IMG/VR virus record: IMGVR_UViG_3300044260_000037
Span: 5,554-69,553 of that record
Strand: one strand, 5' to 3'
Length of the DNA: 64,000 bases
Source of the DNA: a virus
Shown here: one piece after another, positions 1-10,299 of the stretch
Layout: every line of letters starts with the position of its first letter
Position numbering within the stretch: the stretch's first letter is position 1
Program-made: the position numbers and the translations under genes
Notes under the pieces: model-generated
What the model was told of the DNA's origin: nothing
Database searches by the model: none
What the model saw: only the letters and a program-made list of their open reading frames with translations

Positions 1-160
1 GATCTATGTCTTAGCCTCCAAAGAACGTGCAATGGCCGATGCACCCCGGCAGATGTCCGAGTGGTTGCTTGGTTATAATTTTTGGCTGACAGGTCGGTTT
101 GCCCGAGTGCAGTACATATGGATTCTTGGCTTATCAGCGCATGATAGGAATTTGTTCTAA
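1..160 (+). CDS. 3' end of an upstream hypothetical protein (partial)
   Basis: Frame open from position 2 (IYVLASKERAM...HDRNLF) to TAA 158-160, which overlaps the ATG of the next gene. Confidence 0.6.
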   Translation, partial: IYVLASKERAMADAPRQMSEWLLGYNFWLTGRFARVQYIWILGLSAHDRNLF

Positions 161-2805
161 TGCAGTGGATCTATGATGGGCAACTTCAAGCGACTTTGAC
201 AATTCCCTTCTATCCGGTAGGCACGGACAAGATTTTTCAAGTTCGGCTTGCAACTAAGGATGGAGAGAGTTTGTTGAAAGCGTATCTTTGTTTGGAAGAT
301 GCTGATTTCGTCGGCTCGATATGGGCCAGAATCAAAGGAATGACAAAGTGGTATAAAGTCGGTTATTTGTGGGATTCAGAATGCTTCTTAGGCTCCATTG
401 GTGACTGGAGTTTTGTTGACATTGAAATCAAGATTGCATTGCCCGCTTCGGTTACTAGCGGAGCGTATCGAGTCCGGTTTGTCGCTCTTCATGGCGACAG
501 AGAGCACGGCCCGAACAGGAACTTCTGCGCCAATGTACCGGACTCCTTGCCTCTCTTTGGTGACGATGAATTTAAAGCCCCTCTTTGGTCCGGCTCGTTA
601 GAAGGTTGTCCCGGCTGGGAAACAGGATCAAGCTGTGCGCTCCCGGTTTATGGGCACGCTATAGCTCGCGAAAATATTGCTCCACATAAAATTGTTACGA
701 CATATCTTGTAGATGGGGTTAAGAACGTGAAGTTAGCAACCACAGACACTGTTCAAAACGCCGCTGCCGTTGGAATGGTTGTAACAAGTATGGGTTTCCC
801 CTGTCGAGTTGAAGGCGCAGCAACTACGACATCGCCCGATGGGCGATATGTCTACCAGTACGGTGGACAAGAAATAGATGAAAACGGAAATTTGATCGAT
901 ACGTTTTATCCGGAGATATGGCGATTCGATACTCAAACAGGGGAGTGGGTCATGCTTGGAACTTGCGGACAGACCATTATCAGAGACGCAATGGTAACAT
1001 TGTTAGCCGGAGTTTTATATATTTTTGGTGGTTTTGATGGCAATTTCACCTTTTATAAGACACTCTATGCGTTTAATCTGATCACGAATACTTGCACACA
1101 ACTTGAAGACGGGCCGATTGAACGGGCAGCAGCGCTAGCCGTTATTAATGAACCAGAGATTCATTATATTGGCGGCTGTAATATCAATGGAATAGTAACG
1201 CAGGCAGATTGGTATGATATTGTTGCAGAGGAGTGGCATACGATTGCATTGCCCTCAGATGTTCCAGAGCCAGGCGAGCCCGGCAGCCCTTTACCAAAAG
1301 AGTCTTACATCAGCAATCTGCCGATTTTGGCTTTTAACACCAATCCTACGTTTCATTGGTCATGGTTTTGCCACGTAACACCAGATACGGAGGGCACTGG
1401 AGCATATTACCTTTATTGGAGCATTTACCCACCTTATGGTCCGAAGACGCAGGACGTTTATTATGAGATGCGTAAATACAATTTCTTGACCCATGAAGCG
1501 GAGTTGCTCCCGATTCCCGCATCCCTTCCAGAACTCACTTCCCTATGGAATGTACACTACGTATGGCAAAGGATTGATGAGTCGTCTACGCATTCTATAA
1601 TGTATGACGGCAAAATATATTATGGACGGCCCTATTGGATCAAGACCACACATGAGGATACCTCTTTCGACTTTGTCGCAGATGGGCCTCTTGTGGTTTA
1701 TGACATCGCTTCGAATACGTTTTCAATAACTTCGGCACCTAATTTTGCAGCACCTACCACTGGGGCATTTATTCACGGCACCGGCGGCGACATTGACAAA
1801 GGACCGGAATTTCAATTGTTAGGTGTGAAGCCCTTTGCTTATGACGGCAAGCTTTATTACAGTTATGGCGGCGTTAATAGCGCATTTATAGAAGAAGAGA
1901 CCTGGGAACCATTGGTTTTTTTGGTCTATGATATTGCTGCAGACACCTGGGCCGAGCCTCAAATATCCAATATAGTGAGAAAAGGCACTTTTTTCAATAG
2001 TGGAGTCGTCGGCAACCAACTCTATATGCATGGTGGCAGGGGCATGATTGGCTGGTTTCCTGACTATGTCAATCCGCTGGCAGTCATAACTTTGCCTGGC
2101 GTCTTTGGCGTACTCGATGAAGCTCACGCCCTTGAGGGGTATTCAATAACGAACGGCACTCTGGATTGGCAAATGTCTGTGCAATATCCGCCAATAGTAA
2201 TAGATGGCATGATGTATTGGCTTGGATGTTACACGAATTACCCACATTGGCCGGAAAATTATGGATATTCAATATTCAAGATGGACCCGGCAACCCACGT
2301 TTTCAGTCTAATGCTCACATATTCTTATACTGGAAGTAGCAGTCCCAAATGGCCTGATGGACCACAGCCGACAGGAAGCCCTGCGGATATAGGCGCCCTG
2401 GGCGGGTCTTCTTCAGAGTTTCCTTGTACGGACCTTGAGGTATACACAGATCAATTCCTTTCGTATATTCTAATAGGCGGAGATTGGAGTATTGTTTTCA
2501 ATCCTCATGGGACTGGGCTGCGGTATAATGTTGCTGGCAAGATTGCTTACATTCAAAATCCAGACGGAAGCATTACGATTATAAACTGGGGTTCGACAGC
2601 AAATATAGCCGCCGTACCGAACAAGGAACCCGTAAATCCTCCGGCATACGATCCAGTCAAAAAGACCTGGAAGACACCGGCGCACGCTCCCGCAACAGCC
2701 CCCGCAGGATATGGCCCTGGAGTGATTCCGTTTCCAATAAATGTAAACGGCGATATGCAGATTGGCAACCGAACGTATAGTCAAGAAAATGGGAGGTGGT
2801 TGTAG
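160..2805 (+). CDS. Kelch-repeat beta-propeller protein, probably virion/tail associated
   Basis: 881-aa ORF with repeated Kelch GG motifs (YQYGG, YIFGG, HYIGG, YSYGG, YMHGG) and downstream aromatic/Trp positions; lies in the tail module. Confidence 0.7.
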   Translation: MQWIYDGQLQATLTIPFYPVGTDKIFQVRLATKDGESLLKAYLCLEDADFVGSIWARIKGMTKWYKVGYLWDSECFLGSIGDWSFVDIEIKIALPASVTSGAYRVRFVALHGDREHGPNRNFCANVPDSLPLFGDDEFKAPLWSGSLEGCPGWETGSSCALPVYGHAIARENIAPHKIVTTYLVDGVKNVKLATTDTVQNAAAVGMVVTSMGFPCRVEGAATTTSPDGRYVYQYGGQEIDENGNLIDTFYPEIWRFDTQTGEWVMLGTCGQTIIRDAMVTLLAGVLYIFGGFDGNFTFYKTLYAFNLITNTCTQLEDGPIERAAALAVINEPEIHYIGGCNINGIVTQADWYDIVAEEWHTIALPSDVPEPGEPGSPLPKESYISNLPILAFNTNPTFHWSWFCHVTPDTEGTGAYYLYWSIYPPYGPKTQDVYYEMRKYNFLTHEAELLPIPASLPELTSLWNVHYVWQRIDESSTHSIMYDGKIYYGRPYWIKTTHEDTSFDFVADGPLVVYDIASNTFSITSAPNFAAPTTGAFIHGTGGDIDKGPEFQLLGVKPFAYDGKLYYSYGGVNSAFIEEETWEPLVFLVYDIAADTWAEPQISNIVRKGTFFNSGVVGNQLYMHGGRGMIGWFPDYVNPLAVITLPGVFGVLDEAHALEGYSITNGTLDWQMSVQYPPIVIDGMMYWLGCYTNYPHWPENYGYSIFKMDPATHVFSLMLTYSYTGSSSPKWPDGPQPTGSPADIGALGGSSSEFPCTDLEVYTDQFLSYILIGGDWSIVFNPHGTGLRYNVAGKIAYIQNPDGSITIINWGSTANIAAVPNKEPVNPPAYDPVKKTWKTPAHAPATAPAGYGPGVIPFPINVNGDMQIGNRTYSQENGRWL

Positions 2806-3191
2806 TGGCAGGGGTGTCAGCGGTGTCAGCGGTACAAACTGGCGATACTTGGTATTTTTGGAACGGCATCATCTTGGTCATGATGGACATAGCTACAGGA
2901 GCCACCAGAGTCGTTCGTATGGGTGGCGGAAAATTTCTTGCACAAGGATTTGTAACTAATGATGCCTGGAATTGGGTTCCTGGAAAACTACTTTACCTAG
3001 CAGCCAACGGAACAATGACCCAAACAAGACCGACAAGCGGCCCCGTCACTGTGTTAGGAATAGCTTATACGTCAAAGAAGATTTGTCTTGACCCAAGACC
3101 GCCCAAGATGGCTCTAGGCTTTTCTCCTGGGAATTGGGATGGCACAATGACTGACTTTTTCACAGACGATATTGCCGATTTTTTCGAGTGA
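2805..3191 (+). CDS. Small virion protein carrying the C-terminal half of a fibre/decoration-type domain
   Basis: GFVTNDAWNWVPGKLLYLAANGTMTQTRP..VLGIA motif; GGAGG at 2792-2796 is 8 nt before GTG 2805, which overlaps the upstream TAG (track start is 2796). Confidence 0.6.
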   Translation: MAGVSAVSAVQTGDTWYFWNGIILVMMDIATGATRVVRMGGGKFLAQGFVTNDAWNWVPGKLLYLAANGTMTQTRPTSGPVTVLGIAYTSKKICLDPRPPKMALGFSPGNWDGTMTDFFTDDIADFFE

Positions 3192-3198
3192 GGGTATC

Positions 3199-4065
3199 AT
3201 GAGAGCAGCAACGTATGTATCGGAAAGCAGCTTTACCGTTAATGGAAATTTCGAGCAATTTTATGAAACTGGCCTTGCCGTGGAACTTGTTCAAGGAGCA
3301 GACCCTTCGATCAAAACTTACGTTTCCGGGGCATCGTATAATGCTGAAACGAGCAAAACAACCGTAACTGTGGGGGCTACGAGTCTGACGGCTAACCTAA
3401 CGGAGGTCTTGAACTCGCGTGTGAGTCCTTCAAGTATTCCCAGTACTGTCCCTCAGTTAGTTAATGGATTGATCCCGTCTCAGTTACTGCCGCCGATGGG
3501 AGGATTGCCGGATGGAGTTTATTTGCTTCCGATTACGTCTCAAAATCAATTTAGAAGTGCCCTGCCCGTATCTCAGGCAAGTCCTGCATATTTTGCACTT
3601 TCTAGTAATAGAGCGTATTTTGTGTATCTAGGGTTAGTGGCGAAAGCTTGCGTTCCAGTTTCACTATGGTGCCGTGTGGCTTTGCAAGGAACAGGAACCC
3701 CTGTAGCAGATTGTGGGTTGTTTTCAACCCCTAACGCGCCAAATGGTCAGGCACTCGTCTTTACGAAAATTGCCGCTGTTGATATGTCTTCTGATATTTA
3801 TATGTCAGGGGGGACAGGAAATGCCAAGAATACGTCTTCTCCGTTTGGGGCCGAAGTAGCCGCGGGAACTCACTTATGGGCAGGATTACGAGTAGCTTAT
3901 GGAAGCGGTCAGCCGTCACTTTACATGCTTAATTACGTACCAGATTGGGGCAAGGGCGAAATTCAAGTGTGTAGTTCTGCTGGGGCTTTAACGAACAGCA
4001 GCAGCACCTGGACTGGACAGGTGTGGGTTGGCAATATGCCCGATCTTAGAGTAACCCTGGATTAA
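3199..4065 (+). CDS. Putative tail fibre/appendage protein
   Basis: N-terminal ATYVSESSF domain shared with the 4076 and 14276 proteins; beta-rich C-terminus. Confidence 0.6.
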   Translation: MRAATYVSESSFTVNGNFEQFYETGLAVELVQGADPSIKTYVSGASYNAETSKTTVTVGATSLTANLTEVLNSRVSPSSIPSTVPQLVNGLIPSQLLPPMGGLPDGVYLLPITSQNQFRSALPVSQASPAYFALSSNRAYFVYLGLVAKACVPVSLWCRVALQGTGTPVADCGLFSTPNAPNGQALVFTKIAAVDMSSDIYMSGGTGNAKNTSSPFGAEVAAGTHLWAGLRVAYGSGQPSLYMLNYVPDWGKGEIQVCSSAGALTNSSSTWTGQVWVGNMPDLRVTLD

Positions 4066-4075
4066 AGGAGATATC

Positions 4076-4561
4076 ATGGGCATTCCCGCAACATATATTT
4101 CGGCAACTCAGTTCAGCATCGAGCATGAGTTCGATAATGAATTTCCGATAGGCCGTAAGATTTATGCAAATCAAGGGATAGACCCTCTTTTGGAAGTGGG
4201 AGTAGCCGCTGTTAGCTATGATGCTGAAAATGATTTAACCATAGTGACGATTGATGAAAGCAGCCTCACCTCAAACCTAGTCAGTATCAAGCTCGGAACC
4301 GGGGATGCCACATCGCTCGGTTTGCATTATCATACCGGCAAAGATGATGCAGGCTATATTCCTGCATCAGTGCTTTCCGAAGCACAAGTGGACGTCTTGC
4401 GGAGAATCCCGGACCCAACCGGCGCGCCGGACGGGCAGATACTTGTCACCTATTTAGGCCGGTATATTCTCACAACACCAATGGTACAGCTATTCTCCAC
4501 GACTACCACGACAACGACCAGTACCACGACAACGACCAGTACCACGACAACGACTGTATAA
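4076..4561 (+). CDS. Putative virion protein with poly-Thr C-terminal tail
   Basis: AGGAG RBS; ATYISATQF domain; ends STTTTTTTSTTTTTSTTTTTV. Confidence 0.7.
   Translation: MGIPATYISATQFSIEHEFDNEFPIGRKIYANQGIDPLLEVGVAAVSYDAENDLTIVTIDESSLTSNLVSIKLGTGDATSLGLHYHTGKDDAGYIPASVLSEAQVDVLRRIPDPTGAPDGQILVTYLGRYILTTPMVQLFSTTTTTTTSTTTTTSTTTTTV
4497..4558 (+). repeat. Tandem 18-nt repeat (accacgacaacgaccagt) encoding poly-Thr/Ser
   Basis: About three copies read directly at the end of the 4076 gene. Confidence 0.85.
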
Positions 4562-4572
4562 GGATAGAAACA

Positions 4573-5073
4573 ATGGCATTGCCAGTAGTTTTAGGACGAG
4601 GAGAACTTTATGTCGGCGGCACGTATATCGGAAACTGCACCCAAGTGAAGTTTGCCCCGAAAATGCCTATTATGAAGCATTATGACTGCCGAGGTGGCCA
4701 GAAGGTTGCAGATTGGATCTTTATCACGCAACGGGAGTTTTCCGGCTCGTTTCAGACTGATTATATTACACCGCATAACGTGAGTCTATTTTTAATAGGC
4801 GCAATGGGCGTGTCGCTTAGGTTTGTTGGTAAGAACCCGATCAGTTCCGGTCCGTCAGTTACCTATTCATTTACGGATGTGACCATAACTCCCGGAGGCG
4901 ATGCGGACTTGATTGGTGATGATTGGCAAAAGTTACCGTTCAACTTTGAAGGAACATCTGTCCCAAGTGCCGGAGTTTCCGCTGGTGATCAAGGCTATTC
5001 AGAATGGATTTCGGCCAGCACGACAACCACAAGTACAACGACGACAACGACGACAACGACCACGACAGTATAG
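4573..5073 (+). CDS. Tail-tube-like protein with poly-Thr C-terminal tail
   Basis: LGRGELY..IGNC..KHY..RGG N-terminus resembles siphovirus tail tube proteins; ends STTTTSTTTTTTTTTTTV. Confidence 0.6.
   Translation: MALPVVLGRGELYVGGTYIGNCTQVKFAPKMPIMKHYDCRGGQKVADWIFITQREFSGSFQTDYITPHNVSLFLIGAMGVSLRFVGKNPISSGPSVTYSFTDVTITPGGDADLIGDDWQKLPFNFEGTSVPSAGVSAGDQGYSEWISASTTTTSTTTTTTTTTTTV
5017..5070 (+). repeat. Poly-Thr coding ACN repeat
   Basis: Run of acg/aca/acc codons read directly. Confidence 0.85.
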
Positions 5074-5085
5074 AAGAGGTGTAGA

Positions 5086-5505
5086 ATGTCAGTTCCTTCG
5101 GTAGTATTAGGAGGCGGCGTATTCAGTTGCAGTGGGTTTTCTGGTAACTGCACGAAAGTGACGTTTGCTCCTAAGATCGAAGTGGCAAAGTATGCAGATT
5201 ACAGCACAGGCGTTAAGCGATGGGGCAAGATTCGGGCGTCTTTTCGTGGCTTCACTGGAATGTTTGTTACCGACTACATTACTGGCGGCAACTTGGCTTT
5301 GTTTATTGCGGGCATGACCGGCACTTCCCTAGCTTCTGCTAGTTTTTCTGGTGTAACCGCAGACGGAAGATCTTCGTCCTATACGTTTACAAATGTGGCG
5401 ATTACGCCAGGGGGAGAAACGGATCTGATCAATTTCGATAAATTTCAAGAGGTGCCCTTTGCTTTTGAAGGGACAATGACAATGCCAAGTGGCGGCGGAG
5501 TATAA
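5086..5505 (+). CDS. Tail-tube-like protein, paralogue of 4573-5073 lacking the Thr tail
   Basis: Shares VVLG.G, GNCT.V.FAPK, TDYIT, ITPGG..DLI and PF.FEGT motifs with the previous ORF. Confidence 0.65.
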   Translation: MSVPSVVLGGGVFSCSGFSGNCTKVTFAPKIEVAKYADYSTGVKRWGKIRASFRGFTGMFVTDYITGGNLALFIAGMTGTSLASASFSGVTADGRSSSYTFTNVAITPGGETDLINFDKFQEVPFAFEGTMTMPSGGGV

Positions 5506-5570
5506 AGATGGTATTATTTGGTTTGCATTATAGTTGGAATGGGGTATGTAACCCCGCAGAGGAATGAAGC

Positions 5571-5789
5571 ATGAACATCTTCAAGATTTCTCACTCAAGA
5601 AATGGAAACACAATTTTCGCAAGTCTGCGAGTGGGGAGAAATCTGGACAATATGAAACAGGCTGGAGCCTTCACGCTTTCCCCCCTTGAATGGGAGCAAT
5701 TTTGTTATAACTTGGACGCAGGATGGCCGAAGGCTGAACTCATAATGGAAGACACGACATTACCAGAGCCAAAAGAAGCAGGTAGTTAA
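5571..5789 (+). CDS. Hypothetical protein
   Basis: 72-aa ORF with GAGG RBS, co-oriented. Confidence 0.6.
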   Translation: MNIFKISHSRNGNTIFASLRVGRNLDNMKQAGAFTLSPLEWEQFCYNLDAGWPKAELIMEDTTLPEPKEAGS

Positions 5790-5793
5790 TAAG

Positions 5794-5982
5794 ATGCGCT
5801 CAGACAAGTTTATATGCCCCTCATGTGGAGACGAGAAGACAGCCAAGGAAGAGATCCTTCCTGTAACCGTCTTAGAGGGGCATATTTTGCACCTTTTTTG
5901 CACTAAATGCGGCTTTCCATATAGAGTCACAGTCACGGATGGGCAATATGATATAGGGCCTATTTTAGCGGTGGATGAATAA
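5794..5982 (+). CDS. Small zinc-ribbon protein
   Basis: CPSC and CTKC pairs. Confidence 0.6.
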   Translation: MRSDKFICPSCGDEKTAKEEILPVTVLEGHILHLFCTKCGFPYRVTVTDGQYDIGPILAVDE

Positions 5983-7562
5983 TGGCCGGAACAGTCACAC
6001 CATTATTGACTAATATTTCTCTCTGTGAAGCCACTACGGGGTGGTCGATAGAGTCTGGTTGTTCGGGTGCTCCTACATTGACCCCCGCCCCTCCTGATAA
6101 TATAAACATTCAAGGATCATACTCTGTTTATTCCTATAATGCCGGCGGTGCTGCTAGAGGACACTCGTATGATTTGGGCGGAAACACTGATCTTCGCAAT
6201 CTTAATATTTATTGCTGGTTCAGTTTCTCCAATAAGGCAAATATTCCCGTTAAGGGCTCTACAGGCATGCGGCTTAGAATCTATGACACCGCTGTTCGCG
6301 GAACTACTTGGTCTGAATGGGATCTGTTCGGGTCTGATACGCTTCCACATGGCGGCTGGCTTCCGTGGGTTGTCAATACTTCTATCTCGCCATCAAGGAA
6401 TGGTGGTGGTGGTGCTGCAAATCTTCAGACTGCCCGTTGGGTAGGCTGGATTTGTGGTGGAACTGTTACCGGCAAGACCTATATTTATCACGATGCCTGG
6501 AGATACGGAACAGGTCTGAATATCAAGGGCGGGACTTCAGGAACACCTACATCCCTGGCGGATCTCTATACTTACGATGCGGCCAATGCCTGCGGCGTAA
6601 TTGATAAAATCAACGGAGTGTATTTTGTTCAGGGCCAGCTTACGATTGGATCAACGACGGGAGGAGACGCTACCTACTTCAAAGACACTTCTCAGGCCGT
6701 AGTTTTCAAAGACGGCATGATCCCTGACGGATTCTACGACCTCAAGCTCCAAGGAAACGCCTCTGCGAATACGGAAGTTTACTTTGGGGAATTAACAGGA
6801 GGCCGTGGTATTTCTGGATGCCTCTTCAGATGCCAGAGTCCCTCACAGACCCCGAAATTCAAGATCACAGCCACAGACACAAACATCACTAAATTTGGAC
6901 TCTATGGTTGCACAATACTGAACGCTGGAATAATCGCTGGACAGGCTTACAATGCCGACAAACAATTCGTAGACTGTTCCATTATTGCATCTGCCGCAAT
7001 GGAGCCAAATACCGGAAAAGTTCAGTATTGCAACTTCATTTCTGCTGCGGGATCTGCTATCAAGCTGGCTTCTACTTCTCACCATACGGACTACTGTAAC
7101 TTCATATCCTGTGTGGATGGTGTGGAACTCACCGCCGCCGGGAACGCTTATACTTTCTCTGCCCTTATGTTCTCCGGCTGTACGTATGATGTGAAGTTCT
7201 CTGCTTCCGGCACGGCGTATGTCACGCCGACAAACTCTTCCAATGTTTCAACACACCATGAAACAGGAGGTGGCACTACCACGATTAACTATGTCCAAAT
7301 TACACTTAGAATAAATGGCTTAATTACTGGGAGCGATGTGGTTGTTTATACAGCCGGGACCACAACGGTCCTTGTGAGCCAACAGGAAAATAGTGGAACC
7401 TATTATGACTATGTATACCCCAGTGGAGACGCTGGAAACAATATAGATGTTGGGGTGTTTCTGGCAGGATATAGACCTACGTATGTTCGGGCGTATACAC
7501 TCCTGTCGTCTAACGCTTCACTTCCAATAGCGCAACAAATAGACAGAGACTATCTTGTATAA
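5982..7562 (+). CDS. Putative virion structural protein (beta-rich)
   Basis: 526 aa, Gly/Thr/Ser rich; start overlaps upstream stop; structural context. Confidence 0.65.
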   Translation: MAGTVTPLLTNISLCEATTGWSIESGCSGAPTLTPAPPDNINIQGSYSVYSYNAGGAARGHSYDLGGNTDLRNLNIYCWFSFSNKANIPVKGSTGMRLRIYDTAVRGTTWSEWDLFGSDTLPHGGWLPWVVNTSISPSRNGGGGAANLQTARWVGWICGGTVTGKTYIYHDAWRYGTGLNIKGGTSGTPTSLADLYTYDAANACGVIDKINGVYFVQGQLTIGSTTGGDATYFKDTSQAVVFKDGMIPDGFYDLKLQGNASANTEVYFGELTGGRGISGCLFRCQSPSQTPKFKITATDTNITKFGLYGCTILNAGIIAGQAYNADKQFVDCSIIASAAMEPNTGKVQYCNFISAAGSAIKLASTSHHTDYCNFISCVDGVELTAAGNAYTFSALMFSGCTYDVKFSASGTAYVTPTNSSNVSTHHETGGGTTTINYVQITLRINGLITGSDVVVYTAGTTTVLVSQQENSGTYYDYVYPSGDAGNNIDVGVFLAGYRPTYVRAYTLLSSNASLPIAQQIDRDYLV

Positions 7563-7573
7563 AGGAGAATGAA

Positions 7574-9202
7574 ATGCCGAAGATTACCGATCCCGACAGC
7601 TTGGTAGTAGATACCGAAATCAGTTTTAACCTTGCAAGCAAAACTTTTACCTTGCATGAAGCCGGAAACCTTGTAGCGAAAGATGGAGTCACAGGCAACG
7701 CAATCTGGGCAAAATTTGTTGACCTGTGGACTTCTGCAACATATCAGCCGTATCCATTCCCCATGAACGTCTTGGATGCACGGTCTGGTCAGTTCATTTT
7801 TGGGCAAGATCCAGGTGGAACTTATAATGGGTGGAAGCCTGCTGACGACACAACTCGCCAGATGATTCGAGATGCAGGTTGGTCAGAATACTCTAGTGGC
7901 GGAGTGCTTCTCAGACAGTATGTGGGTATGGTCGCCCTGGCTTCTGGATATCCTTCTGGAGCACAGTTCTACTATCAGAAGGATAGTTCTGAGGCAAGTG
8001 CGGACTTCACGTTCGATGATGCTCCAAACGAGGCAATTCAGGTCTTTGGGGATGCCGCCAACGGAGACTTCGACACTAGGACGTTCTTCAAGCTGTTCTG
8101 TCGTGAGTATAATTATCTCTACGACGATGCGGTTTTGGGAGATGTTGGTGAAACAGGGACTGGTGCATATAAGGTCGCTCTGCCCGTTGCCGTTGGGTCG
8201 GACTTAAAAATCACGGCAAACGATACGGCTGTCTTGTCTGCTCCCTATGATGCAATCAAAATTCGGTATTTTTCTGGTGCTTTCACGAGAGATATTGATA
8301 CCGAAGGGGTAGGAAGAAGCTTTGGCATTGTCATAGATGTTGGGACTCATAGTGGTATAGATGGATCGGCTCCTGGTAGTGGATCAGTCTTGACTTCTGC
8401 GGCTGGAGGAATGACCGTAGACGCCTTCAACGGTGGGACTCTAACTATCTATGAGGGAACAGATGCGGGAACGTCTTTCCCCATTACTGATAATGACGCA
8501 ACAACCATTACAGTCACAGGGACTATTGCCTCTGGCTCTAACTTGTCATTCACGGCACAGAAGGCTACACCTACAGTTGCAACGCTTCCCCAGATTTACA
8601 CGAAAATCCAGTATCAACTTCGTCAGGACTCGAACATCAATGCCGCCTCTGGAACCGTCAATGGCAAGACCGCTACGATGTTGCTCAATTTCGTTGGTGA
8701 TTCTTTGAAGGCTGGTTTTTATGCTCCTGCTAATTCGCAAGGCGGTGGAACTGGAGTTCTTATCCAGGGTCATAGAGATGCCGACTTGAACTCCATTGTC
8801 TTTTATGACAATTCAGCGACTTCTCGTGAATACCCGTATGCCTCCGCAGGAACAATCAACTCCAATGCGGTTTTGACTGCTGGAGGAACTGGCTACTACA
8901 GGATGTATTTCACGACCCTCCCCGGAGCGAATAATGATTATGGAGAGGCTAACGCAGTGACAGTGAACGACAAAGATGGCAATCCGATTACTGGAGCCAT
9001 TGGATCAGGTTCCATTTCGTTCTCGTTTGACTACTCTAATAATGTGCAGGGAGGCAGAACGGGTGGTACTGATGCAGCCGTAACGCTTGTTGCAGGGAAT
9101 CCAGGTAGTGCAAAGCCAGTTGTTACAACAGGAACACTTACGGCCAGTAAGAGTATTGTGCTAACGCTGACCGCTGAAACCGACCGAGCCTACATAGCGT
9201 AA
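7574..9202 (+). CDS. Putative virion structural protein (ITDPD family)
   Basis: AGGAG RBS; MPKITDPD..GNL..DGVT..W..YPFPM N-terminus recalled from phage structural modules. Confidence 0.65.
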   Translation: MPKITDPDSLVVDTEISFNLASKTFTLHEAGNLVAKDGVTGNAIWAKFVDLWTSATYQPYPFPMNVLDARSGQFIFGQDPGGTYNGWKPADDTTRQMIRDAGWSEYSSGGVLLRQYVGMVALASGYPSGAQFYYQKDSSEASADFTFDDAPNEAIQVFGDAANGDFDTRTFFKLFCREYNYLYDDAVLGDVGETGTGAYKVALPVAVGSDLKITANDTAVLSAPYDAIKIRYFSGAFTRDIDTEGVGRSFGIVIDVGTHSGIDGSAPGSGSVLTSAAGGMTVDAFNGGTLTIYEGTDAGTSFPITDNDATTITVTGTIASGSNLSFTAQKATPTVATLPQIYTKIQYQLRQDSNINAASGTVNGKTATMLLNFVGDSLKAGFYAPANSQGGGTGVLIQGHRDADLNSIVFYDNSATSREYPYASAGTINSNAVLTAGGTGYYRMYFTTLPGANNDYGEANAVTVNDKDGNPITGAIGSGSISFSFDYSNNVQGGRTGGTDAAVTLVAGNPGSAKPVVTTGTLTASKSIVLTLTAETDRAYIA

Positions 9203-9210
9203 GGTGGAAC

Positions 9211-10113
9211 ATGGCGGTTGTATTTGATGGCCCCAATAAACGGATAATCGTCCAGTTAGGAACCGACATCCTTGATATAGCGGAGATGTATTCAAGATGG
9301 GTGGACTGGTTCCTAACTGGCGATAATTCAAAATACCTTCCTGCCATGAAATATATAGGAACAGACCCGACTCTGCCGGGGCAGTCCGTAACCCCGTATT
9401 TCTATATGCTGAATGGTTGGAAAGTTGATGCGTGTTGCGAATTTGAAGGACTGAATCATGAGTTAGACGTTACGGGCATCCTTTTGAGTGATGATTTTAG
9501 CAGTCCTTATTACATGGACCCAACAATGCCCATGACAATGCTGAAGGCCATTGTCCCCATTAGAACTGAGACAGTATCCACTAGCGGTTCAGATATAGAT
9601 GTTCCTTCGATAGTGAATGGAGTCTGGGGAGAATCAGTTAAAACTGGAATGACTGCAAAACAGGCAATAGTGGAGATTTCAGACTTTGTAGAAGATCCCC
9701 CAGCCGCATCTGTTGACGTGCCTGCGATTGTTGATGGCCTTTTAAATACGGAGGACACGATAAAGGTCGGAATGAGCGTGAAGGATGCTCTGGTGGAGAC
9801 ATCCGACTTTGTTGAAGGCTACACGCCACCAGCAGCAATTGACATTCCGGCAATCGTGGATGGTGTTCTCAATACCGAGGATAGCATAGATGAAGGGAAA
9901 GACCTCGGCACAAGTATTCGGTCTCTTCTGACATTGCTTGCCCTTATTGCTTCCGACGCGGAACAGAGCGCGAAACTCGCAGCCCTTTTCCAGAGGTTCG
10001 CATTAGACCAAGCAATACCTGTTGTCCATGCAGACACCAGCATTGTTGCGGGTGATATCCATATAGCGATAACGGACAATCAGGATGGCACCTTTACGGA
10101 GCAGAGACAATGA
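9211..10113 (+). CDS. Putative virion structural protein with three internal ~40-aa repeats
   Basis: FDGPNKRII..MYSRWVDW N-terminus; repeats DVPSIVNG / DVPAIVDG / DIPAIVDG. Confidence 0.65.
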   Translation: MAVVFDGPNKRIIVQLGTDILDIAEMYSRWVDWFLTGDNSKYLPAMKYIGTDPTLPGQSVTPYFYMLNGWKVDACCEFEGLNHELDVTGILLSDDFSSPYYMDPTMPMTMLKAIVPIRTETVSTSGSDIDVPSIVNGVWGESVKTGMTAKQAIVEISDFVEDPPAASVDVPAIVDGLLNTEDTIKVGMSVKDALVETSDFVEGYTPPAAIDIPAIVDGVLNTEDSIDEGKDLGTSIRSLLTLLALIASDAEQSAKLAALFQRFALDQAIPVVHADTSIVAGDIHIAITDNQDGTFTEQRQ

Positions 10114-10298
10114 ATCCGATCCTGGCCCGAATCCATATGGGAGTAATGGGTGGCGCTTTTCAGTCAGCCACATATGGATGGTTCGGTGTTTCCCTTGCCG
10201 CATTCGGCAAACTGATCGTGGCCTTTGTTCTTGGGATCAAACAAGCGACGGTCCTAAATGTTGGGGTCAAAAAGTCCTCGATAGAGTTTGAGGTTTGA
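10110..10298 (+). CDS. Hypothetical protein
   Basis: ATGA overlap with upstream stop. Confidence 0.5.
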   Translation: MNPILARIHMGVMGGAFQSATYGWFGVSLAAFGKLIVAFVLGIKQATVLNVGVKKSSIEFEV

Positions 10299-10299
10299 T

